Source: Antedon mediterranea (Eukaryota; Animalia; Echinodermata). From it: DNA of 64,000 nucleotides. Within the stretch, counting starts at the first letter, position 1. Each line of letters opens with the position of its first letter. A program made the translations under genes and the position numbers. The DNA is taken from positions 14,951,045-15,015,044 of the forward strand of contig NC_092680.1 in assembly GCF_964355755.1 (NCBI RefSeq), written 5' to 3'. Positions 1-14,500 of this stretch are shown in pieces. The notes beneath the pieces were generated by a model. It was not told where the DNA came from and did no database searches. It was given only the letters and a program-made list of their open reading frames with translations.

Positions 1-413
1 CGATATTAGTATCAAAACAAGAGAAAGATGGGTAGTTATTATTTTTATAAATAGTAAAGCAACCCCCTCTTCCACTTCACCTACAAACATTCAAATTGTA
101 TTACAGAGTTATGAAGTTGAAACTTTTGTAAGTGGGAACACATGTTTTAAGCCAGAAAAAAGTGGTCGTAATAATTTATACATTCAAAGTTACAAGCAAA
201 CATTGTCCATGACCCCTTCGGAGGCGTTTTCTACTCAGGAGAGCAATGGAGGATGTAGGCCAAAAAATAATATTTTCGCATTCCTTCTGAATCTGATATG
301 GATGTAACTATTTTTCTTCACATTTTAAAGAGATAGTCAGTCAGAGGCAGGCTACAAAATATTACATACTATTTCATTCATTTAATTTAAAATGTAATGT
401 TGTTTTTATACAG

Positions 414-685
414 ATTATTTTCTATCGTTGTCAACAACGAGCACATCATCTGACAAAACCGGAAGAATTACAAGCCAAACTCTCGCGCCATCAAGCACAA
501 GTCTATGCCTAGAATTCTTCTATAGTTCTAGAAACACAACAGGAAACGCTCCAGTATTTAAAGTTTATTATAAGAAAGCTAGTGGGGCATCAACCGAAGA
601 AATGGTATGGCAGACAAATAATTCAACTGAAAACAACGTGAAGCATTTCTTGGTTGACTTCACCAACGTTACGGAAGATTACAAG
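414..685 (+). CDS. Gene A exon, MAM1 middle
   Basis: cag|AT..AAG|gtcggt; GRITSQTL..LCLEFFY. Confidence 0.85.
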
Positions 686-3600
686 GTCGGTATAAAGTGC
701 ATAACCCCTACCCCTCCCCAAATACAAACACACAATCTGTGGCCGCAACTAAAACACTGTTAAAAAGATTACCAAATTATTCTGCAATTCATATTTATCC
801 ACACCAAAACATGTTTAAATTAGTTTACTTAAATCCATACCGCATGCTGAGGTACAACCGAAAGATATCGTTATATTCTGTTTTAACAATTATGATAATA
901 TGTTCTGTCAATTCAGTACTGGTTCATGTTTCCCTACTTGAGTAGTTATATGTTGAAGATATTTTGAGACTTTCTAGAAAAGTACCTTGTTAATAATTTA
1001 AATTGAAATTAATATAAAAACAGTCTACGCATAGTTTACTACATACTACCGACAATTGCAGAAAAGAGAAAACTGAGAAAAATAAGCCACCTCAGCATAG
1101 GTGAAGCTAGCAATGAACCTTTGTAAGTTTTAAATATTTTATTTGGCAGTAACTCATCTTATAATAGGCTACTTTTTCAGATGATTTTAGATTTTATTAA
1201 AATTTCCAATATTTATTCATTTACTTAATTCCTTCTTTCTTACGGGATTGAATTTTTAGTAACGTAATACTGCTTTACAATATGCTATATTTGTGTATCT
1301 TTATAATAATAAAATAGCAATATAAAAATATAAATATAAATTATTCTTAAAAGATTGGGAAATATTAGTACGATAAAAACCAGATAAATATAAAATATAA
1401 GCATTTATATAGCTTACACACACATTATTGCACAAAACCTAAGTTTTAATATGCTATTTTATTCGTAAAACAATGTCTCAAAATATCTTCAACATAAATA
1501 TTCAAGTACACAAACATGAACCTGTATGATGTAAATAATTAATGTAATACTAAAACTACTAAAAATTTCTTTATAAAGATTGTATTTGAAGGAAAGTTAT
1601 TGAGAAATAGTAATGCACGGATAACAGTTGATAATGTTAAAATGTTAAATGGGAGTTGTTTCAGAAGTAAGTTGTTTGTTTAATTACCGTAATAAATTAT
1701 CAAGACACATAAGTTTCAATTAAAATTGTATATTCAAATAAAATTACAGAGAGAGGCTGAATCAACACATTCCTCCTATAGATGCAATAAGGTGCAAAGT
1801 ATGACTTAAAATTTTGCTTAATTTACAATGTTAAAATACATGCGTTGCTATTAACATTTATCATTATGAGACTGTTTAATGTAGTTTAACCAGCTATTAA
1901 ACTAGCTGGTTGTCTGTAAAATAATTAATTTGGATTTAGTTTATATACTTAGATACTTGATAATTGATCCTTCATTCCTTAGGGCCGGGTAGTTATCTTG
2001 TACAGGTCTATTCATTTCATATTCCTCGTATACTTTGTATGTGGCACGTTGAAGAATATGTATCAAGAAATACAGCTTCAATCAATCTTAAACAATAATT
2101 TATTGATTTATTGTAATGTTTCAAAGAATTTATATGCGATTTTGAGGGGACGTCATTCTGTATGATACAAGACACAGGGGATACAGCAGATTTTGATCTG
2201 AATCGTGGTTATACGGCGTCATATGGAACAGGCCCATCGGCTGACCACACTCTAGGCACTGCACAAGGTAGGCCAATTCTTTCTGCTTAAGATTGCTACA
2301 GGTACTTTGAAGTTGCATAACGAGATAATTTGCTAATTAGTTTACAGGTTGTAGGTTAAACAAGCACGTACAAGGTGGGCATTTAGAAAATAACCGTACG
2401 AGCAGAACTTAGATGTGAATACATGTGTTATACAGCATGGACGTGTACTCAAATGCGAATACTGTTGGTAGTCCTACATGCATATAATGCATACTTGAAT
2501 TGGTATCTAAACTACTGTTTTTATTTGGTATATATCACTTGGTGCAATTGTAATAAGGCAAATCATTGCATCCCCTCTTTTTAAACTAAAATGCCAATAT
2601 TGTGGTAGCCTCGGTATAATAATACTATTTTTGTTGACTAGATAAAGGTTATTATTTGTTCTACTTATTCTTTACTTATGCGAATGATTGAAGATAAGTT
2701 TATAAAAACATCACGGACAAATGCACAAATGGGTACAGTAGATGTTCAACGAAAAACATAGGCCTATGTCGTATTCGATTGGATTAGTTGTAAACATAAA
2801 GATTCGTTTAGTACTTTTTGTATTCGAATGGTAAATTTTAAACGGATTGAAAAATCATTCGAATAGAAAACGTTAAGCTTTTTCGTTGAAAAACAATCTC
2901 AACGCTCAAAATATACTTCGTTAAATATATAAGTACTCAATGGAATGAATAGGCATATGCCATTGGCTTTCAAACCATTTTCTCACTAATCTATTGTTTG
3001 TTTACAGGTCACTATGCGTATTTAGAAACATCTTATTACGGATACTACGATAAGTATGCGCGTATGAAAACACCCTTACAGCGAACATCCAGTGAAGTTA
3101 ATGATATGTGTTTGATTTTTTGGTATCACATGTGGGGTGTACATATCGACAAACTGAGTGTTTATATCCGTCGATACGGGGAATCCAACGAAGTAGAGTT
3201 ATTTACTAAAACTGGCAACGGAGGTAGAGTTTGGAAAACGGCACATATCCCTATAAATGAGGAAAACAACTTTAAGGTTGGTAATGTGTAGTCACTGATT
3301 TGGTTAATCATTTGTCTATTGAGCTAAAAAAAATCCCACATTCCCCATTTATTTCGATTGGTCAATAAATTGAACAAAAACCCAAAGTATTCTTCAAAAA
3401 AATTAATGTGGTGTTTGCGCCACAAAAGAGAAAAAAAAGTCTGCTTCAAAAGACTCTACAATCTGTCTTATTGACTGACGTCATTTTATAAGCACTTGTA
3501 TTTCTTAATCCTGATTTTTTGCAAAGCGTTTTTCATTTATTTAGAAAAGAAAATTAAAAATTCTAAAAACAGGGGCGAGATTTCCAAATTCATCCCTATC

Positions 3601-5423
3601 TACCCTGACAAACTCGCAAAAATTAGATTTTTGCCTGATTTTGGTAACCTGATAATACAAAGGCTTCACTCATTTCTTTCTAGCTTCCTAATCATAATGT
3701 TTCCATTTTTATCTTGTATTATGATATTATGCCTATTTATGTATCTCTTTTTGAGAATTGAAAGAATGAAAGAAAGAATAAAACTCATATGCAAACAAAG
3801 CTAATGAGGATATACAATGAAATATAACGGTCATGGCGATTTTTTTAAATTACAATTTCAGATAATATTTGAAGCTAATAAGGGTAATGGATATAGGGGA
3901 GACATTGCTGTTGACGACATAACAATATCTTATGAAAAATGTCTGATAGGTAAGATTATTATTAATATTGTACTATGGTTTTTTACACAATAATAACCAA
4001 ACTGTATTATTTCCGCTATAGAAATCAATTTTTCATTATCCTTTTGCTACATTTAACTTGAATGGTGATTTAAGACCTTTAAAGCTCGGGTACAGGCATG
4101 AATTTTAAATATAATATTTGTAACTGTAATCAAGACGAAAATACATGAATTTCTCTTAATATGGTCAAATACAAAATTTGGCAAAATTCTGCTATAAAAA
4201 CCAGGAAGACTTTTATTCAGTAGTTAGGTAGTTTAACATATTGTAATAACATGTTTGGTGACTCCCTAAAAGGTAAAAAAAGATGGTGGATATACGGTGG
4301 ATAATGTTTGCTATAGCATGAAAATTAAAATCTGAAGTTGAATAAAAATACCAGAAATGTCAAATTCAAGTTATATTACCTATATTTAGTCATCTGATAA
4401 CATTTTTTACCTTACCATTTATTTTTCATAGCTTTTTAAAGTGCCTCTCTATTTACAAAATTTGTGTACACATTACTGTGTAATTTGAACTATCTCCCCC
4501 CACCCCCCACTGATAAGAAAGTGCTTATTTTCAACAAGCTCGTGTAACACAAATAAAATCCCAAAAATTATAAAACATAGAGAAAACTGTAGATCGATAA
4601 TTTTTGGAATGTATGATCAGACATTTTTGGCCCGCACCTGGCCTTTAAACTATGTATCATGTATTGCTTGACTGACTTAACTATAACTTTGTGAAGATAG
4701 GACAGAATTTTTCAAAAGCCGGCGAGCAGTCTTAAAGTAACAAGTAAACTGAAATTGCATTTTCTCGAGAACTACTTGTCCAAAAAACTTCATTTTTGAA
4801 CAAGAGGCAAGAGTTATAATTTGTGATTTGTAATTTTAAAACGTAATCTGATTTAATGTGCACGTTTTTTGATGCGGGTAGTTTAAAAAACCTATTTCTT
4901 TTCAAATTCACTCGTTTGATTTTCGCGTTGCTGTTCTATTGTTAGTCGACTGAAGCTATTGTTAATTGAAAGGCTTGTTACATTACCATTACACCAAACT
5001 CGCATACACATGCTTGTAATGAAATTAGCCTAAATCACAAACAGCATTAAGACCCGGAGAAATCTTATGTAGGAGAATTTTACAGTAGGCGGAGGTATGC
5101 CCTCTCGGAGTGGCTTTCTAGTTCGTTAATTTATTCTGACTCTTTCCAGAATTCCGGAAACGCGAAAAACTATTAAATGGTTTTATACTTAAATATCTTT
5201 GTGTATCTTTGACATCAAAATGTTATAAACATTCAGGATTATTTCAGCTTGAATTTGAATATAAGTTTTCAAATAAATCAAACATTTTCTTACCAATGCT
5301 TTTAAAATAATCATTGAAATCCAGATTTATGTTGTTTTTCTAATCTGTGAATTTGTTTTATTCGTCCTACAGTTTACGATCACTTATGTTCGTGTTCAAT
5401 ATTAACAAAATAATTGAATTGAC

Positions 5424-5505
<82 letters not shown>

Positions 5506-5515
5506 TAATTAATTA

Positions 5516-5546
<31 letters not shown>

Positions 5547-8500
5547 TAATCAATAAATACTGTTACTGTTCTTGTAGCCGTATCTTATGAAGAGACATGT
5601 CTGTCACGTTTATACCACACTATACACTTTTATTTGATTTTTATGTAACTATGTAATTATGTAATTGACATTAAGAACTACGTTATTAATCAATCAATCA
5701 ATTTCTTTATGTGATTTCTTTAGTATATCAATTGCATTATTCAAAGTATGGTAAATTATTGAAAATATTAAAAATAATATGTTTATGTCACTGCTGAAGA
5801 ATAAATAACAATAAACTAACTTCATCACATAAGCACATTTATTACATAGTCATGTTACTAAACACATTCTCGATACAAAATGATTTAGATATATGTTGTT
5901 TTTTTTGTTTAGATTTCCAGTGTGATTTCGATCATGAAGCATGTTATGAACAAAACACAGATGATGATAAAGATTGGTCTATTGGTCGCTATTGGAATCC
6001 AGACACTTATTACACTGTGGGAGATCATACGTCTAGTACTCGTTATTCTGGTAAATAAGTTGATATACAAATAGAGTAGTCATTATGTAACTCTTTTCTA
6101 ATAACTGTTTAATTTTGTTTTAATTATTTGTGTTTATCCTTCATACATTGAGTGATTCTCAAATTTACTTTTAGAAAAATAAAAAACTATGAATAAAATG
6201 ATACAAACCATAGTAATGCAATTTAACTAATTAAAAAATGTAATTACTGTACTTCCTTCATGAAGTAGATTAGTACAAAACATTACATGACTTACCACAA
6301 ACAGACCAGAGTCTACGTGCTCATCAACGCCAATAATACAGTGGAATTATTTAAAACGGGGGAGGGAGGGGGGATTCGGGGGGGGGGGGGGGTTCGTCAC
6401 AGTAAATATTTTACCTGACAAGCTGTAAAGCCCAAACCTACGATGAGTGGTGGTAAGATGAGTGAAACTAAAATTATGGCACCTCAGCCTTCCGGAAATT
6501 CTCAGGAAATCAATCTCAAGCAACCCTTTTCATTTATCGCATAGTTAGTTCTTAAATATCTTTCTTCTCTCGCACTTGAATTCAGGAATATTTATTTAAT
6601 ACATATTATTCTTCAAAATCAATATGCCTATCTCTCTGCTTTAAATTTTACAGGGAAGTATGCATTTCTAGATGCACAGTATTTACGTGAAAATAAGATT
6701 GCAACAATTTCTACTCTACTTCTGACATCGTCTTCGGAAGATGAGAAGTTTTGTTTGAAGTTTTGGTACATCGTAAGTGGTACCAGTCAGATGTCCGTGT
6801 TTATTGCTAATTCAGAAAGTACTAATATACTGTGGAAACAGCATATTACAAAAAATGACGATACGATTGTTTGGAGAGAGGGAGAAATTACATATACACC
6901 AGACGAAAATTACAAGGTAAATAACTTGTATTATATAACACCTAAATAAATTCCTGTCATTTGATTGGACGAATGTGGGTCACATGGCGTGCAATAGTAC
7001 GCACTATTAAACATTCATTATTTGTATATTAGTGTAACAAATGTATAGTGTAACACAAAGTAGACATTAATAGACAGAAACGTAAACAAGATCGATATCA
7101 ATTTCAAAACCCACTGGCCCTTCACAAGGTAGTAGACCCAGCTTTAAAATATAAACCTCTGCAGCACCAAAACAACAACAACCAATAATGCTTGTTTCAA
7201 ACTTGGAAAGCGATGGATAACCCGAACTTTCTCTTCTGATCAACTCACTTCGTTCCGTTATGTCTAAGTGTGAATGGTACCAAACTTATTCAAAACAAGC
7301 ATCGTGAAATACATTCGTCCTAGGTCCCCTTTGCTTAAGCTTGGTTCCCACTAGAACGTAACGCAAGGACGTAAACGCAACGCAAGCGTTTTAACCAACA
7401 ACAAGCGAAGTTATATACAGTTAGCAATCACTAGCGAATAAGCCATCGCTTGTGATTGGTCAATTCACTTGCGTTGCGTTACGTCTTTGTGTTGCGTCGC
7501 TAGTGGGAACCACGCTTTAACGAGCGAGAACTTAAAACATAGGCTTATTTCACGACGTTCTTTCTGCACTTCACATCTGGGGCTATTATCAATGTTGCAA
7601 GGTTGATATTTATAATACTACAATGTAATACCTTCAAATGCACAATATTTAATTTTATAAGTTTGAAGAGTCAATGTTTATATCAATTTTTATATATAAA
7701 ACTAGTTTAATATAGTGTAGATACGGTGGGCACATCCTTTGTTTTATCGTAGATTTCATTTCAAGGAAAAGGAGGATTGGAAGGACAGGGATTCATTGCC
7801 ATTGATGACATCAAAATACACAATGAGCCTTGTGTTAACAAGGAAGGTGACTAGTCTTTTATCAATCCTTTATATATTTATTTTTTTATATCTTTCTTTG
7901 TATAATAGCAAAGAATATATATCACAAGAATGAGTATTCCGCGATTTTCGCATGAGAAATTTGTAACGGAGAGCTCCAGAGAGTGATGCCCGCCCTCATA
8001 AGGGCGGATGTATACATACTAAATAAGACTTGATTTAATAGATATTATACATGTCACATTAAATAGAATTATGATAATATATTTCGCAATTGTAAACTAT
8101 TTTATAATACATATTTATTAACAAACTAGTGTACATTAACTTTTACAGACAATTATTTACTAACATGCTAAATTAGTTCACAAAAAAGGCCTAACACAGC
8201 AACACCAAAATCAACGAATCGTTACTCAGCACGGCCTATTCTTACCATTGCCGCGTACTACTCTACGCCCGGTAAATTAAGTATTGTTTTTATGATATAA
8301 ATTAGTATAAAATACATGTTATTAATAGGATAAAATGTTAAATGTCATTAACATTTATTTGTTTTACCAGAAACAAGTTAAATATAGGAATATTATTAAA
8401 CTATCCTTCGTGAAAACGCGTAAACACCAACACGCCCGGTCAAGCTATCGTAGCGCCCGGTTGATAAAGCTAACTGTTTATATGGCAGTTTTTACTAAAT

Positions 8501-11500
8501 AAATTGCATAAAACGAACAATTAAATATCCAAATAGCATTTAACATGATGTTGGCATGTAGTTGATAACATTGTTTATCATGAAAATACTACCGGTGGTC
8601 TAGCCTTTGATTAGTGAAACCGTCACAAAAAGTTGTATACATCCCAGATACATCCACACTTATGGCGGCGCCCTACCACGGACATGGACAATATTACTGT
8701 TACAGGGAAAATCGCGGAATACTCATTCTTGTGATATAATATTCTTTGATAATAGTGACTAGTATGTTTCTACCCTTCTTTGTATAAGTGTCTTATATTT
8801 TTCAATCAATAGTGACTAGTCTCATATCTTTTTTCCAATCCTTGTTTGTATAATAGTGACTAGTATCTGTTTGTATCCTTCTTTATAATAGTGATCTATA
8901 TTCACTTTAATATCTTTCTTCTATTTTGTACATATTCATTCATTATTATCTAAATAAATATTATCTGAATTATCTGAATTATCTGAATTATCTGACTTGT
9001 ATATTTTTCAATCCTTCTTTGTATAATAGTGACTTGGCTTATATATTGTTCAATCCTTCTTTGTATAATAGTGACTTGGCTTATATATTGTTCAATCCTT
9101 CTTTGTAAAATAGTGACTTGGCTTATATATTGTTCAATCCTTCTTTGTATAATAGTGACTTGCCTCATATATTTTTCAATCCTCTTTATGTAGTGACTTG
9201 TCTTTATAAATTTAAAACAAAATATAATATAAGCATACCAAGTAGAGACCTTTGAGTTGAGCATGTTTATGCTGAATAAACGACACTAGTTATAACATAC
9301 TTTTTGTTGTTGCTAATTTTATAATATATATATATATATATATGTGTGTATATATGTTCGAGTCTCGGTTGGGGTGACTTTTTCTCATTCTCACAGATTT
9401 CCTCATCTTTATCGTTTCAAATTAATTAATTATATTTCAGTATATCACCGGGCGGTTTAGAATTAATGTGCCTCTTGTGTTTATATATATATGTGTGTAT
9501 ATATAATTTGCTCGACAAAAAAAACGGTCTAACATTACTATTGTTTTTGTCATTAAAGTATTCAATTGTACCTTTGAGGGTGACAATTTCTGTGGTCTTC
9601 AAAAAGGTGCAAGTACTGATAATTACATCTGGAGTCTTCACAGCCGGGCAGATACTTACAATGCAGGGCCCTTTTTTGACCATACACACGGGGATGAAAA
9701 CGGTTAGTAATGTTTTCCAATTGTTCATTTGTTCGTTCATTCGTGTTATAAGTGTTTTTCAATCGTTCATTTGTTCTTTATTTGTTTGCTCGTTCGTATG
9801 GTTCGTAAATGGTATTATTATTATTAAGATCTTTATTGTTGAATTATCACATTCTTTATTGTTATTGCCACTTACTTTAATAATTGTAACACAAACACAG
9901 GGCATTATGCGTTCGTTGATACACATGACTATAACAGCATTAATGACACGGCAGTAATATTGACACCGGTACTACACAACTCTGATACAAATAGTTCAAA
10001 ATGTTTGATCTTTTGGTATCATATGTATGGACTCCACATCGAGACTTTAGATGTGTTTTTGTTAACAATGCAAGACAATTTACCGGGAAGAAAAATTTGG
10101 AGCAAATCTGGAAGTAGGGGGAATGTATGGAGGGCGGCAGAGGTGGAATTGTCAGAAGAAAACAGTTTTCAGGTAGGTATCATGACAGTGAATCAGTTAG
10201 TAAAGAGGTATGATGTTCGTCTAAAATGTTTAGTTTGACAATGTGTCATAAATCAATGAGAAAAAGTAAGCCAAGATGTATGCTCGAAAATAATGAAATA
10301 ATGCGCGTGCGTGAGGTAATTTATTGCATGATCGTAATCAAAACGGTACTGGGTTTGGTCTACTAGCGTTCCTGATCCCAATCCGTCATCTATTCATAGA
10401 AGCCTTGATGGAGTAAGCCTTGTTCATAGATATTATTATTATATTACTAATAACGGTTTGTAACTACTAACATTTTAAGAGAGTGGGAGAAAGCATAAAC
10501 ACAAGCTAGTTCAGCTAGATTTAATTTTTCTGCAAAACATGAAAAAACGCACGGTTACACAACCAACATTACTACTGAATGAAAATATGCATACAAATAA
10601 ATTAAACACTCAGTGTTTCAATTTCGTTGTTTCCTTTAATTTCACATATATTACTATTAGTCATCGTTGCATAGTATATTTGCACACATTAGGTATATCG
10701 GTAAGGATGTAAGTGACATCCGTTAGGTAGATTGTGGAATTTGAGGGCAAAATAATTTCCCAGAATTATACCATTATAATTTATTATATTAATATAGTAT
10801 CTTGTATTGAAGCGATTCTGTTTTGTAAGGCCCTTTTACAAATAAACTATTACCTAATGCAATTCAGTGTTGTTCATCAATGTAAAGTCATGTAGTATAT
10901 TTACGTCTATATTTAGATAAGTACCGTACTTAATTAAAACATTATTACTATTACATTATAATTACCGCAATAACAAGCTTATAAAGCAAATTAATTTTCA
11001 TTTTATTGTGGGAATATTCGAGAACAATCACATCTGTTAAATGTAATACATGATTTGGTAATACCTAGCCATACATTTTGCCATCAATCTTATAACTTTA
11101 TGAATAAAAATACAAAGGTTTAGTAGATTAATACACAGAATAAATTGTAATTATTGTAATATATATTAATATTTTCTCTGTTAAATCATTGTATGCGATT
11201 GGATACTCTACATTTGAACTTTATAATATCAAACATCTTTTGCAGGTTGTTTTCCGAAGCATAAGAGGCAGTGGGCTAGATGGTGATATTGGTGTTGATG
11301 ATATCGTAATACGAAATGGGTCTTGTAGGAACACTGGTAATAAACTTAAATAATTACTGTTGCCTATTAGTTGTTTTATTTTATATACTATAGTAGGCTG
11401 TGGTTATAGAGTTGCAATATATTTCATAATGGCACTGCTTTTAATATAACAACTCCTATGATACAGTTTCTGATATACTTTCCTAATACCTGTATTCATA

Positions 11501-14500
11501 CCTATTAATTTAAATCATCGGACTTATGAAATCGTAGGTCTACTTTATTGTAAAGTCATTTAAATTGTATACAGTTATTCAAACTGGTTACAAATGACTT
11601 TTAACATTTATTGTTTTTACAATTCAAGGTGAGAAAGAAGATATAGGTGTATCTTGTAAATTTGAAGAAACGCATATTTGTGGATATACGCAGGCTATGG
11701 ATAATGATTTTCCTTGGACGTGGACAAACAGCGCCCTTGGATCAAAACATGAAGCGCCCGGAATACCTACAATCGACCACACGAAAAATACAGGCTTAGG
11801 TAAACTATATATTATATATATTACACGTCACCGTTGTATCACCTGGAAAATGGTCCATACATGGAGGTATACCTCTATGGTCCAAGGTGCCGTCAAATGG
11901 GTTATCAGTCAGATTTATGAGTCAAGATCCAAGTTTGCAATTATGATTCATTAGTATGTAATTCAATGCTGCGGTAGGAAAATCTTATCATTAATCAATA
12001 TTATGTTTGTTCTGTCTAAATTTAACATGAACATGTAATGTTCACCTTAAATTTGTACCAAAGCCCTGATTGATTGACACGATATAACTAAAGCTTTGTC
12101 TATATTATCAAACTTTATGTGACAAAAAAAATGTGATGCGCCCATATTATGGACATGATGATGTCATGTCACTACTATATTATGGCATATCACTAGCATA
12201 TTTGGGCATGTCACACTTATTTTGTTAAACTACTTTGATAGTTTGACAAAGAAGTTTGATGTACCCAAATATGGTAGTGATGTGACATCATCATGCCCAT
12301 ATATGGGCACATCACATTTCTTTTCACATAAAGTTTGATAGTGTAGACAGGGCTTAAGATTGCACAGTCGGTTGGTCACCACTTTTGAGATTTTTAACAA
12401 TTGTTTAGTTAACAGACGTATCAAAAGTAGGGAAAACCTCCTCATGTTTACAGCCAAGGGTTTATGATGTACAGCATTTGAATCTAATATCATTTCTTAG
12501 TAGGCCTATAGCACAATGTTCAACAAATTACAAATTTCGACATAGTATTTTTTTTTGGGCTATTTCGAAATGTTGACATATTTTGACGTATTTTTGTTTT
12601 ATTTATTTCTTTTTTGCTTTTCGACATAGCTATATTTATGTGGCAGGATTACTGTAGGCTTTCTTAATAACGTCTCTTTGCCACAGTTTGTCCCGAAGAA
12701 TCATTACAAGTCCTAATTCATTTATCCTGAAATAAGACGACACAATTAAAGAACGTGTGCAGAATTATCCGTTTTGAATATGATGTAGGCTTATCATAAT
12801 GTCCGATATTCTACCAAACGTAGATTTTATAATGTTGTAATTATAGCGGATACATATAAAATTGTACAACATTAATTTTTTCTATTACCACGACAACATG
12901 ATGGGCTTTGGATTAAATCCTTTCAATTTTTTTCACATGCAGAAATGCATGGTAGATTTTGACATTGACAGTATTTTAATTATCTTTCAGGTTTTTTCAT
13001 GTTTGCTGATTTTCGAGAGTCTATTATGATAAGACAGTCATCCAGACTCATCTCACCCTTTAATGACGATACATCTAAACAGTGTTTAGAGTTTTGGCAT
13101 TTTATATATGGAACAACTTCACAAGAACTTAGGGTTTTATTAAATCAATCAAATACAATCGAAGTGATATATTCTATCAAAGGTAGCCGAGGAGCTTATT
13201 GGCAAAGAAGTGCAATTGAAATTACACCTACGGTTAAAAATCAGGTACATTTAAACATGAACTAGAAATAGTGTCTCAAATTAGGGGTGTCTCCAGAATA
13301 GGCGTTGGCCGTATAGTTTTAAAAGCATATATTGCTCCCCGTTCATTTCACCAAAAAGTATGGTGTATCAAGTAAATTGTAACTCGAAAAAAGTAGCATA
13401 ATGAACCGCTTTTGATCCTAATTAAAAGTAGTCAATTGTTAAACGATCTTAATTAAAATTGAATAAAACCTCTTTAATTTAGAGTGTTAAATATGTAAAA
13501 TAAATCGAGTCTAAATGAATTCTGAATTCATTTTATTTTTAGATTGTTTTTGAAGCAAAGTCAGGGCTATATCCAACAGGTGCAGTAACAATTGATGACG
13601 TTTCTATGTATAGAGGAAACTGTAAGGCTGCTTGTAAGTTGAATGCTATACTTACAGTATTAATGTTTCAGGTTTTATTAAGATGAACAATGTATGTATA
13701 TACCTAGATTTACATGTTACAATGTTAAATCAAATTTATCTTCGCCAGATTTTATTTCATAATTAATTTATCAGATGTTTCTGCGATCTAGTTCATAAAA
13801 CTAAAGTAATCTGATTCGTTTTTTTATTTACACAGCCCCAACAACTACACCTAAAATAAAAACGGTGACAAACGTAGATTGTAATTTTGAAAGCGACGAT
13901 CTTTGCGGATATATCCAGGCTATAGACGATGATTATGATTGGACGCTTCAATCTCCTGCTATCATGAAGAAGTATTACTCAAACATTTGGTGGTACCGGT
14001 GGTGGGGCGTGGGACACGAGTGGTATCCACTTTCGGACAGAACTGATCCACATTCTGATAAAGGTAAGACAGACACAGATATTGTTTTAAGTTATTTTAT
14101 TATGGCCGATTTTTGTCGTGAACGACAATACCAATTAGTCTTATATTCATATGAATTATAGATGGAACTAAGTCAGGACGGTTTAAAGCACATTTGGCTG
14201 GTCCTATTAGTGATCTTAACTAGAGGAGAGACATAAGCCAATACGTCTGAGGAAGATACTAGATGCAGGGGCTGTCATGAGAGTCAGCAGTGCTGATTTA
14301 AAATGCATAATGCCTTACAGCCTATACAGCACCCGATATTCCCAGATCTCTCATCCAAGCTCTAACCGGGTACAACGTTGATTAACTTCGGTGATCTGAC
14401 GAGAACCGGTGTTTTAACTTTCAAATGGCGGATATTATAACGAATGAGACAACTGTACGTTTTATTTCTGTTCTGTTTGACTAAATTGTACCGTAAATCT

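Larger units (their letters stand above)
7847..9205. repeat. ~42-bp intronic minisatellite, interrupted by two insertions
   Basis: Unit ttcaatccttctttgtataatagtgacttggcttatatattg; cleanest at 9000-9200, degenerate at 7847-7908 and 8749-8895. Confidence 0.85.

Noticed and set aside
3496-3804. Hydrophobic 102-aa ORF and similar intronic ORFs (9466, 24773, 36991, 63216)
   Set aside because: Low-complexity AT-rich translations in introns, repeats or intergenic DNA, with no domain signal.
6357-6392. G-rich run as a regulatory G-quadruplex
   Set aside because: Isolated intronic poly-G with no supporting context.
8926-9264. ORFs 8926-9108 (+) and 8950-9264 (-)
   Set aside because: Read-through of a LINE tail and the 42-bp minisatellite.
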